Assembly: GCA_910592345.1 (NCBI GenBank)
Contig: CAJVPI010000002.1
Location: 62,001 to 126,000 of the forward strand
DNA length: 64,000 nucleotides
Direction of reading: 5' to 3'
DNA from: Paraglomus brasilianum
Lineage: Eukaryota
A program made the position numbers and the translations under genes. Under the pieces are notes generated by a model that made no database searches, was not told the origin of the DNA, and saw only the letters and a list, made by a program, of their open reading frames with translations. Position 1 is the stretch's first letter; the number at the start of each line of letters is the position of its first letter. Shown here piece after piece: positions 53,736-64,000 of this stretch.

Positions 53736-54404
53736 TATAAATTAGAATATATCATCGATAGTTAATTAAATTGTTTTATGCATAGATGTTATTTTCGTCA
53801 TATCAATAATATATTTGAAAACCAACCATCCATATTAGTATTTGATGCCATTGGAAAGTCGAACAAGTCAAAAAATTCAACTGGTATTTCGTGATGGTAA
53901 GTAATGTTAGAGTATTGTAGTATACTAATACTAAGTAATAGTAATTGGGTTTTTATGACGATTGTAGGGCGACTCGTGTCACTTTATATAATAATTTCAT
54001 GAATACAATCGCGCTTTAGTTTTTGGAAATTTATTTTATGTAATTAATATGCGCCTATTTAATTATTATTATATAATAATCCGTAAATACAATCACGCTT
54101 TAGTTTTTGGAAATTTACTTTATATAAATACGCCTATTCTGAATTATTGACGTCCTTATATGGAAATATCTTGATCTATCGCTATATCTAATTTGCTAAA
54201 CATTAGAATCGTATCGGTATTATAAACAACAAAATAGAATTTTAATATGGACTACTGACATTTCATGGCTTATTTATCAATCTTTATTTGTTATAAAACA
54301 ATGGTAATATACCATTAAGTATACTATACGGCTTCGGCTTTTTATATTTCAATCAAAGTCTATATTTAGCAAATTATTCATCATCCAATCATAATAATCG
54401 CGTG

Positions 54405-54525
54405 TGTTCGATGGTCATGGGACTGCCCTTTTTCTTGTGTAATTAAACTTGCCCAATAATATTGATGGCTTGTGTGGCTTACAGTCATGGGACTGCCGAT
54501 AATTTTCGGCACCACTAAGTTACTA
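54405..54525 (-). repeat. MULE right TIR
   Basis: Reverse complement of the left TIR except for one C/T difference. Confidence 0.92.
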
Positions 54526-54533
54526 CAATTTAT

Positions 54534-54583
54534 TAAACTGGGCTTTAGCGAGCATCTCGTTGTGAATAAAAGTTCCTCGCGAT
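54534..54583 (+). mobile_element. 50-bp micro-insertion with a 16-bp TSD (copy D, divergent subfamily)
   Basis: Perfect repeat agttactacaatttat at 54518-54533 and 54584-54599. Insert taaactgggctttagcgagcatctcgttgtgaataaaagttcctcgcgat shares ctttagcg, tcgt and aataaa with copies A and C. Confidence 0.7.
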
Positions 54584-55403
54584 AGTTACTACAATTTATA
54601 TATCGTCATTGTGGGCCCGATAAAATAACTGATTTAGGTTATGCTGACTTGTTGGGCCTTATCGCGAGTTTGATGGGTAGATCAGAGGAGACAAAAAAAG
54701 TAAGATTACATCTTACAATTTACATATCACTGGCAAACATTGGAATATAGACTTTCATTCCCTGCCTCAGAGCTCCAATTAATTCAACATTCCATTTTTT
54801 GGTATTAATATGTATAAGAGCATGACGCTTATCCCGTATATGCTGATTCCATATCACGGTTGAATTTTCAGCATCTATTTTTGAAATGGTTTGCAAATGT
54901 ACAAGCGAGTCTGCAATCAGATTCCAAGAATTCGTCCGCAGATCATTCTAGAATCGATTTCCATATCGAGTAATAGTCCTGACTGTAGTATGCGTATGCG
55001 CGTTCATGTTATGCAAATAGACAGGTGCGACATCTTCATAAATTTGTGGCTTATAATATGGCCTTTGCGAATTGTTTATCGCTGACATGATAATAATAAA
55101 TTTGGTTTTATAAATGTGACCCTATAGGGACCGAACCAAAATGTGACTGTATATCGCCGGAGTTTGAACAAAATTCCATTATAGTCTGGCCATTCGGAAT
55201 TGATGTTCAAACAAAGATATTAAAATAAACATTGAAACACTCTTGAGAAAGGAATAAAACCTCATCTCATTCGTCGAGACTGCACCTTAATTGATGTAAG
55301 AGCACAGTCACATGATTTAACGCGTGAACGTATAATAATAAGGAAGCAACCTTGTTTACGAAACAAAATTTCTTTTATCTCACTCAACATAATAATAATA
55401 CAA

Positions 55404-55784
55404 ATGTCACCGACAAAGCCTGCCTCTTCTGAAATGAAGTATAGAAGTTCCTTTTCCTATAAGAACGACAACGTAAATGTTGTCAGATTTGGCCGCGACA
55501 TCAATATGAGGATGGAAAGAGTGAACAATGATGTCGCAAGGATCTACTTTGTAGACGATCGAGGGACCAACATCCAGATTCCGAATGGGTTTGTTCTTAG
55601 GGATAATATCGCGAACGTAAACGTGAGGCCATTATTAAATAACGGGTTCGGAAATTACTTTACAAGTTGGATTTCCAACTATTCATTGCTTCGAAACGGG
55701 ATCGAGATGTTCGCGTTGTCAAACCAGAAACAACAATCAGTTGAAGGATTAGATGGGTTTCGATACTATACGATTAATCGATAA
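55404..55784 (+). CDS. Intact intronless 126-aa hypothetical protein, predicted beta-rich
   Basis: Clean ATG-to-TAA ORF with acaaATGt context and a TATA-like tataata about 70 bp upstream. Alternating hydrophobic pattern (ARIYFVD, FVLRD, YSLLRNG). Confidence 0.7.
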   Translation: MSPTKPASSEMKYRSSFSYKNDNVNVVRFGRDINMRMERVNNDVARIYFVDDRGTNIQIPNGFVLRDNIANVNVRPLLNNGFGNYFTSWISNYSLLRNGIEMFALSNQKQQSVEGLDGFRYYTINR

Positions 55785-56114
55785 CCTTTTATTGAAATAT
55801 CATGTAATGTTCTTTATTTATTGTAAGTGCTCCCGCAACTATATTAATGGTTTATTAACAAATTGCTTTTTATTAGGTGATCATCGAAAGCAACCCTAGG
55901 TTGGGAAACACTGATTACTGAGAAGGAATACTTTATAAAAAGACTAGTCGAACCTAAAGGTGCAATCTGTTAATCTATCTGTAATGTGATCGAAAAAATA
56001 ATTAAATAACTCGACAACGCAACGCTCATCACGTATCGTGTGGATTTTGTTTATAATACAATGTCTGCATTTGTTTGACTCGACCCCTTTATAGTCACAC
56101 ATGCTTCTCTCAGA

Positions 56115-57424
56115 TTAAATTAGAGAAAGTCGCATTGATAATTTGTTGTTATCAGAATAAACCACGTCTTCCAGATGAGAATAACCCGGTAACGTCAACG
56201 AGGACCGGAGATATTTTTTGATCCTCTCCCCACCACCAGTCAAATAAACGGCTTTTAAATTCATCTTTGTCCAGGTCTCCCGCATTGAGTTCACCAGTAT
56301 CAGTCCAAGGAAAATCCGTTCTTGACAGACTTGGCACAAAATTATATCCATTGTAACAGTATGATTACTTTCATTAAAAGTACCAGACATATCACGGTAA
56401 TAAATTGTCCGTTTTCTGCACAGTTTGCAGCTTGAGCTTGTCGACTTTCGCAATCGCCAATTATATTTGAGGATAAAAAGCCACTGCTTCTGTAGTCCGG
56501 GTCGTCGAAACAATGTCACATGATAGTTGAACTGCTACGTAAATCTACGTCGGCACGTGGTGAAAATGAGGACTCGACAATTTGAGTTTGACCGAGAGCA
56601 AGACCGAGAGCAAGACCAAGAACAAGACCAAGAGCAAGACCAAGAGCAAGACCGAGAGAGAGCATTGGAATTTGAATGCGCAGCGGCACCTGTCGATTAT
56701 TACGGTCTTTGTTATTCGCCCTCTCATGTTGTTCTCTTCCATTCACGTCAATAATATTGCGCGCTCTCTTTTAAACAGAACTGTCTGTTTCTAACGCCTC
56801 GTTACTGATTTCTGGTTTCTTGCCTCATTTGCAACATTGCTTGCTACTTTGTTACTTATTTTGACAGCATTTGATGCTTTATACATTCCAAACATCCCCT
56901 GCCCATGGCCTCTTTTCAGGGTAATCCTCTCGTTTGTTAGTATCGGTGACCAAAACTTGGTCATAACACCCGATCCAGGTGCCCGTGGACGTGTAGGTGT
57001 CGAATGTATGGTGGATTATCGGATGTATGATTGGATTTAAAGTATCAAGGATAGAGCGGAATGTGTTTGGATCTAGTGGTATTAATGGTGTTTATGTTGA
57101 GGGAATTGGGGTAGTGACGTATCAGACGAAATAATGGAGGGAATAGAGCAGATGGTGCTTTTCCGGGATTGCTTGGCTGAGGATACCCTGCCTCCAGCAG
57201 ACGTTTTCTTTAGAGGCGTCACAAAAGTATTTGTAGTGGTCCTCGCATGGTTGGCGTTAGTGTCTGCAAAATTATTTTCGTCTGGATAGTTGTCTGTTAA
57301 GAGCGAAAGCTCGCTGTTCTTTAATCCATTTTTCTGCAAGCGCCCTTCTTGTCGTTACCTTTGTTCGAGAGATTGTTTTTGGAGAATTCTTCATGTAATC
57401 AACGGTCTTGTCATTATCTGCCAT
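56115..57424 (-). pseudogene. Intronless decayed gene with an RS-repeat tract and coiled coil
   Basis: ATG57424 and frameshifted ORF pieces. The 12-bp tandem repeat at ~56590-56660 reads SRSCSWSCSWSCSWSCSRSCSRS. Confidence 0.5.
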
Positions 57425-57824
57425 TTTTTAGTTATATGTACGCGACTAGTTAGACAAAAGAGAGTGAGGGAAAGAGTAATCTACCCGGTTTGACTGCGTC
57501 GTGAATTTAAAAAGGGGGATCGGCATGAATTTATGTGAAATGACGCAACTTTGATGCAATTAAGCATATTAATATTCACGTTAATCACATACACTAATTA
57601 ATCAATTTTATATATTGCTATCCTTATAACATGAACAGTTATCAATCTCTTTGTCAGTAAAGTTTGATCAAGCAACGTTTTCCACGATAAACAGACCGTT
57701 GGTGTATATAAATGTCGGTTGGATTTGTCAAAATATATACACGCGTGCGATTGACGGATGAACAGATTACGCAAATACATGATACAAATCCGATAAGATA
57801 GTTGCCTTGTAGACCTCTTTGTTA

Positions 57825-57885
57825 CCGTAAACTCTCATGAATAAGAGCCCCCTTCATCAATAAGGGGGCTCTATTCATGAGATGT
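57825..57885. mobile_element. Collapsed pogo-type MITE forming a hairpin
   Basis: TA|ccgtaaac followed by tctcatgaataagagccccctt, a 7-nt loop and aagggggctctattcatgaga (about 21-bp stem with 1 bulge). Confidence 0.55.
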
Positions 57886-58273
57886 TTGATTGTGGCTTAA
57901 AACAATGCAAAATCACGTAACAATTGTCCGCGTTATCTTTATTTATTACATCACAGATCTTATCACATGATCGCCGCTTTCATATAGAATAAGATACGTT
58001 GCATGTATCATATTAATATCTAATATATCGAGATAGAATTTAGTAGAATAAAATCGAAAGTAATAAGTTAGTTGGTCTATGTGCAAAATTGTAATAGGTA
58101 TAAGACAATACAAAATATGATAAGAAATTATTTGTAATAATCCTCCTACTACGAGAGTATGTGCTTACAATGGTGATCATACTCTTTTGCGAATCACTGT
58201 TGACTTCACGTGCTGGCATTTCAATCTCAATTTGATGTTCTATATACGAGTTTTCTTCCAACTGTTTTGAATT

Positions 58274-58561
58274 GTGTTAATATTAACGTTATCTTTTATA
58301 AGTATTTACAATGAGCAACAGCAGCAACAGCAACAGCAACAACTACAACCAAGCCCGAATGCCTCAATTCTGTCAACTTTCCCAGACTCATCAATAATAT
58401 ATCAAGCACAATCGCCCAGTGCTAACTTCAATACTCACACAAATAATCAAGAGCTGATCGAATACGCAACATTGTATACATCGTCACTTGAGAATATGAA
58501 CCAACAAGATTTCGATGTGCTTTATTTCTTTGACCTGCAATTTTACGACGGTTTCGAGTGA
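58274..58561 (+). CDS. Poly-Gln, acidic-tailed terminal exon of an unknown gene
   Basis: Open frame QQQQQQQQQLQPSP...QQDFDVLYFFDLQFYDGFE-stop with an acceptor-like ttttataag near 58302. Confidence 0.35.
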   Translation: MLILTLSFISIYNEQQQQQQQQQLQPSPNASILSTFPDSSIIYQAQSPSANFNTHTNNQELIEYATLYTSSLENMNQQDFDVLYFFDLQFYDGFE

Positions 58562-60264
58562 TCCGCTTTTCTGCCCTCTCGCTGATACCGAAAAACCTCT
58601 ACCTCGTCCTAACCATCCATTCGATGCACGCGTTTGATTTGATCCACTTACTGCTTATTATTATCATATGTCTTCCAAATCCATCGTTATGACGTCCTCG
58701 GGATCGTCCCTTCTCACGTCTATCCATGGCCATTACATCGTTTTAAAAGATAGGGTTCAGCTGCCTCTCGAGCTCTTTTCGATGTCTTGCATGCCTGCTT
58801 TTCGTTCACTTTTTCGACATCTTTTGGTAAGATACTCTCTGTAGGAATTAAAGTTTATAGTTGGGATAGTGATAGTTGTATTCTGTGTGATGTTGATAAG
58901 GACAACGATGAGGATTTTGACATTGATATCGATGATGCCGAATTGTTGATGACCAGGACGACGGAGGTGGTGATAGAATTGGAAGGAAGCGCAATGGGGT
59001 AAGGTTGATGTCGGTGTCGGCGTTGGGGTTGCTGTGTTTGCAGAAGAGACAGATGAGATGGCTTAATTATGAACATAAAAGTTGATGCAATGAGAAATAT
59101 TATAGTTAATACATTGGGAAGATTAATTGGGTTGGGAATTAATTACGATGATGGATTTATAATGTGAATAATTTGGTTACAAGTATGTGCATAATAGCAG
59201 TTATTAATGTAGGATAATAGTACTTACGAGGAAATAGATCCTTGAGCTATACCTTTTCGTTGCGAGCGACATGATCATATAAATGATATTCATGACGTAA
59301 TAACCGCATCCTCCCTCACTCCATTACCAAACACAATACTCACTATTCATGGCTGCTAGAGAAGCCGACGCAGCTTCAATAAGAGTCAAGATTGTCCTTG
59401 CGGAGGAGCTTATCCATTAAGGTGCTTTCTATCTCCTCGGGCGAATTTCGATGTCTGCACAGGCAGTGTTGATAAGCCACTGATCAGGCAAGACCGATCC
59501 AAGCAAGTTGAGCATCCACTTTCACATAAACTCATCCTGACGTATCTGAATATAAAAAGATGGAGGAGAAGGTATGACGATTATAAGGAAACGAGCAAAT
59601 AAACAGATGACAAAACGATAAGGCCTTTCAATGATAAACCCAGTCTATTCACGATATAGTCTGTATTTTTTACTTACATGATCCTGCAGTTCTGTTAGAT
59701 AAGTCTTCTGGTAAATGATACTGAAAAATCGTGATTTCACTCGTACGGTGACCATGTTACAGTAATTCAGAGGGTTTTTCTTAAAGCCAGAAGCTATTGA
59801 ATGGGAGGAGGGGGGTAAATATTGGGCGTCATGTTTATGTTGTAAGGCAAACTGCAGTTCCAATTAATGGTCAGTGTTAAAATATACAACGTAATTTATT
59901 TGTCATAGTTGATCTACTTACGTCTGTGCGCTGATCTAATACAACACGTCCAATGTATGTTTTAATAAAATTTAGGCGTGTGTGAACGGTTATGGTAAAT
60001 TTTAAAGTCGCACGAAGTGCCATTAACAAGTATAAACATAAACCTTTTGTATCGTTATATGTTGTTTAGCAAGTCATCATTATTATTATATACTTACGCC
60101 ATTGAAAGTCCATTGCACGCAATGATGTTCTTTATATCTTACTATTATCGTATAATTAACATACGCATATGATAGATATATGAACATAGCGAGCAATTTA
60201 TTAACTATGCACTGCGCAAAATTTAAACATTATACATCAAACCATTAACTGAATTCGAGCACGG

Positions 60265-60490
60265 AATTATGGCTGTTTGAACACTCTGAACGGAAATTGA
60301 AGCCAGAACTGGCATCCCAAAAGCACAATACATGGCACAATGGAAAGATTGGTAGTGGAACATTTCATCCACATAGTGGGAGACACTGATAGGAGCAAAG
60401 TGACATTTTGTAAAGATCGGGTTGCTGTCATGGTTTAACAACTTTCTTATAACCATAAAGCCAACTCATTTTGATTTTAGTCAAAAAATA
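60265..60490 (+). mobile_element. Tc1-derived deletion element (second copy of 13010-13260)
   Basis: Reverse-complement alignment to 13010-13260. Confidence 0.6.
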
Positions 60491-60870
60491 CTTTGGTTTA
60501 CAAAAAATTTTGATATCCTTTATTTTAAAATGTTGTGTATAATACAGTTAGTAGACTATTATTTAACCTCGTTTCTTTTGATGGGATTAATTCGAAACCC
60601 AATAGATCGGGGAATTCTTAGCCAAATATTACCTTACTTTGAAGGATTAAAGGTTACATATTAAAGCAGTATTTCCTAAGGAATTAACAGCTTAATATTT
60701 TATTGACGCAATAGCGAGTGTGACTTTATATCTTAACCTTAATTGATGCGGACTTGTGGGCAGACCTCGTTTAGGTTTCGGGACTATCCAGTGTATTTAT
60801 TTACTTGTTCGAAGAAGTCTCTTATTATTATATACTAGCATTCGGATTAAGAGTAAGTTAAATACAAATA

Positions 60871-62263
60871 CAGGGCGTAATAAAAAAACTCGGGGTTTTT
60901 TATTTTGCTATTGCTCCTCAATGAGTTAGCCAATTTTTATAAATAATAGCTCGTTTGAAAGATAAAAACAACTGAATTCATTTAATAATAATTAAGTTCT
61001 CCATTCTTAATAAGGTGTTTCGGTTCCCAACAATAAAGAGTTGGTGTTTATGTTTGGTTTGCGTCTCATTAATTTCACTAAATTAATTAACATGCTTTCC
61101 GGAATTCTATTCCACTCCTCCACAATAAATCTCTCCAGTTCACCGAGACCCTTAACAATTACCCAAAGGCTTTAAATCGATAGCCAGTCCATAACCGCCG
61201 AAAATTTTTTTTAGAAGCTCCGTAGCAAGGCGACTTGTGTGTTTTGAATCGTTGTCTTGCTGGAGTCTCCACCTATCGCCAAACATTTTATTTACTTCTG
61301 GAATGTGTTTCTGGAGGATTTCCACATAAAACTTGGCATCCATTATCCTCCGAAAACAAAATAAACTTGTTTTACCGACTGCCACATGCAAAGATTTTAT
61401 GCGTTTGCGTTCCTTTATTAGTAGCACCTACGATTGAACGCTAAAGGTGCTTTGTACATATAATAAATAATTAAACAAGTCTATGTATTAAACCACATAT
61501 TCTATTATACAAAACTTAATTAAACTATATTACATAATTAACTAGCCGTACAGTCTAGCCGGGGAAGAAGTGGGAGGCGTGGTGTACTTGGCAGGGTCTA
61601 TATGCGACAGCTGGCCTTTGTTCGGCTGTGCATTATAAGCTGCCCTCCACAGTATTTCCTGTATTTTGGGGGAGGTCACCTTGGGCATGGAACGAATTTG
61701 CCGTTTACCTTTGTACCAACGTTCGACAGTGTTCCGGTAAAGTTGAACGCGGTTTTATCGGAAAATAATGTCTTCCTCCAATTGTCATTGAGGTGTTGAC
61801 GCGCCCACTCAGCACGTCTTTGCTTATGGGCTTTGGTTAACATAAGAGTTGCTTAGGTAATGCTTTCGAGTACCCATAAACGGTCAGGTGTCTCGAAATT
61901 GTCATGTGCGACACATAAACACCCATATTCGACACTTTTCGAGCTAAAGTCCGTGTGGATATTGAATTATTTCTCCGTATTGATTGTCCAATTATGTTGG
62001 AGGTGCTTCCGGTTATTTTCCTGGGATGACCATTACTATTACTCGCGCGTAATCCACTGTTTCTTTTTTCTAAAAATTTTTATGTTATCACAAATGGTGG
62101 AAAGGGGAGATGTTTGTTCGGCGATAAATTCCTGACCATTGTGAATACCCTCGTTCTATAAATGTAATATACATTGACGTTGTGTTTTTGCTTAAAAGTG
62201 GGCATCGTGATTGTACAAATACATATCCCAAATAGGACATAAAAAAATCCGGGTTATACCCTG
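60871..62263 (-). mobile_element. Tc1/mariner element with a decayed DDE transposase, interrupted by a ~280-bp insert
   Basis: TA|caggg ... ccctg|TA ends. MLTKAHKQRRAEWARQHLNDNWRKTLFSD...RSMPK | KIFA..GKTSLFCFRRIMDAKFYVEIL...WRLQQDNDSKHTSR. Confidence 0.8.
61402..61679 (-). mobile_element. Long copy (C) of the pseudoknot element: ORF C-terminus, AT-rich UTR and terminal motif
   Basis: Interrupts the Tc1 frame between MPK and KIFA. Encodes VTSPKIQEILWRAAYNAQPNKG...RLYG-stop (61542) and ends agcacctttagcgttcaatcgtaggtgctactaataaaggaacgcaaa. Confidence 0.7.
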
Positions 62264-63324
62264 TATATTAATTTTTAGTGTCAAGTGAGTTGCCGACAAT
62301 TAATGCATAATTCGTATTGTATATTTACAGTATGGCTTACATTTAGAAGAGTGTCATGTAAGTAGTCTTATTCTATCTTGTAGGAAAATGATGTCTATTA
62401 TGAGAAGAGATTTCTTGGTTTTTCCTAGAAAATACTGTCTATTTGATTTTTAGTTAGTTTGTCAATTTTCTAAACATTAATGTTTTGTTTCGCAACGATA
62501 AAAGCAGGATTATGGTTAACCTGTTGACTGGAATAATTGAGTATTTACGTGGGGTGATTGAAAAGCACATGGATTTTTATCTTGACAAGCTGCGAGGTAT
62601 TGAGGAACAAGTAAAAAAAAAGTTGGTGCGAGTTGACATGTTAGCATCCATTTTTTCATGGTACACTAAAAACGATTGGAAAAAAAAAGATTTAAACATA
62701 ATTTTCAAAATTCATTCTATGCAATTTTTTTCTCTCTTTCATTGTCGATATACCATTGCCATAAATAAAATCACGTGACTGAGATTTTGCAATCATTTCA
62801 ACTATTACTATTACTATGGCGATTACATTCCGATTTAATACCACGAATCCATGCAGTTCCATGCAGTTGTTTGAACAGCGAAAAGGAAAAAAAAAAGATC
62901 ATGCAAATTGCTTAGAAATGTATGGAGATAGTAATTTATAAAAATTAGTTATAATGCATATGAAGTGATTTGCAGTATTCTAAAATCAAATGTCGGGTGT
63001 TTGAAACATCTGTTGCAGACATCGGATTGCGATGAGATTTTGCAAGTTATGAGGGTTTGTTATATGGCGTGTTCAGAGAAATTATCAATGTCGTTCCTAA
63101 ATTCTAGAAATTTCCATTACAATTACCAGGTCAATTCATGCCAACTTATTTTTCAGCTGTCCATTGGAACTCAGGCTTGCAACTATAGTCTTTGTTTTTA
63201 AATACGTGGTATATTGGGCAGTTGTTGAGATAAATGTTCACAATACGATCAGAACTTTTCAATCACCCCACGTATCCGCCGCTTTTACCGTGATCTGCAT
63301 AACCTTGAATAATCCGGCTGTAAT

Positions 63325-63508
63325 ATGATATAACGACACTGCTATATAACGACATCTTGTTATAACGACAGAAATCTTAGAACAAAAATTTTATATTGCT
63401 TGGTTGTCGTATGTAAGTTAATTCTCGATATAAGGACATTCTCGATATAGTGACCATTTTGATTGGAACCGAGCGTGTCGTTATTAGTTATATCGAGACC
63501 CACTTGTA
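63325..63508. mobile_element. pogo/Tigger-type MITE remnant
   Basis: Repeated (ga)tataacgaca and ttctcgatata motifs, with right end gttatatcgagacccacttgta. Confidence 0.5.
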
Positions 63509-64000
63509 GTACAGCAGTACCGTTCGGATTTGCTTAAGAGAAACACACGTTTATTATTGGTCACAAATCAAAATTATCGTACTTACCTAAAAATTAACCT
63601 GAATAACCGGTGCAGGTGACGGAATAGCGCAGTGAAGCGGCGGATAAATACTCGGGAATCTTGTTGTTACACTGCAGTATTGGAATACATTTTCCACTTG
63701 TATTGTTACGATACACATGGGCTTTAGCAATGATGTTATCATGCATCATATGTCGTCATATGTCGTCGTATGCCATCGTATGTTGTCATAAGTCGTCAAA
63801 TAACAAATAGTCATGAAAAATAATATCCTATAACAGATGTTATCGATTCTGATACTCTAGCAACGTAAGAAGAAATAATAAGTACGCAACAATATCCCTT
63901 TTGCATGCAAATGTTGAATAATTATCTATATCCTAATTTGGTCAAACATCTGTAGATGTGTTCTAGAATAATCTGCAATCGTACTCAAAGTCTGATTGGT

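Larger units (their letters stand above)
50977..54525 (-). mobile_element. Complete Mutator/MULE DNA transposon (~3.55 kb)
   Basis: 121-bp TIRs at 50977-51097 and 54405-54525 with 1 mismatch, enclosing a MULE transposase. Candidate 9-bp TSD caatt(t)ata. Confidence 0.92.

Noticed and set aside
56516..56794. Overlapping ORFs with EQD, SKTK and LALG repeats
   Set aside because: These are alternative readings of the 12-bp repeat; the SR-type minus frame fits the surrounding pseudogene.
1..64000. tRNA, rRNA or snRNA genes, and most 60-100 aa ORFs in the supplied track
   Set aside because: No cloverleaf or rRNA/snRNA signatures were seen by eye. Most short ORFs start at TTG/GTG or run through introns and look spurious.

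Overview
AT-rich (roughly 35% GC by eye) eukaryotic DNA with short GT-AG introns. The gene and TE repertoire (MULE, Tc1/mariner, pogo/Tc5, Sel1-repeat, RNF213-like AAA+ and lysophospholipase fragments) points to an arbuscular mycorrhizal (Glomeromycota-type) fungus; this is inference. The window is mostly decayed genes and transposons. Best-supported features: (1) a complete ~3.55 kb Mutator/MULE element at 50977-54525 with 121-bp TIRs (1 mismatch) and a transposase broken by two in-frame stops; (2) Tc1 and pogo remnants and several tiny TGT...ACA MITEs; (3) pseudogenes of a CHL1/DDX11 helicase, a PLA2_B lysophospholipase, a Sel1 protein and an RNF213-like ATPase; (4) a ~3.5 kb segmental duplication with an internal inversion; (5) one clean intronless 126-aa ORF. 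The most interesting signal is a family of 41-52 bp micro-insertions flanked by 15-16 bp target-site duplications (8409-8460, 9002-9042, 54534-54583). They carry a pseudoknot-compatible motif with compensatory base changes, and a longer ~280 bp copy (61402-61679) links the motif to the 3' end of a coding parent element. A degenerate hammerhead-ribozyme-like motif lies at ~30631-30720 (-). Pseudogene boundaries are approximate, and all alignments and translations were done by eye.
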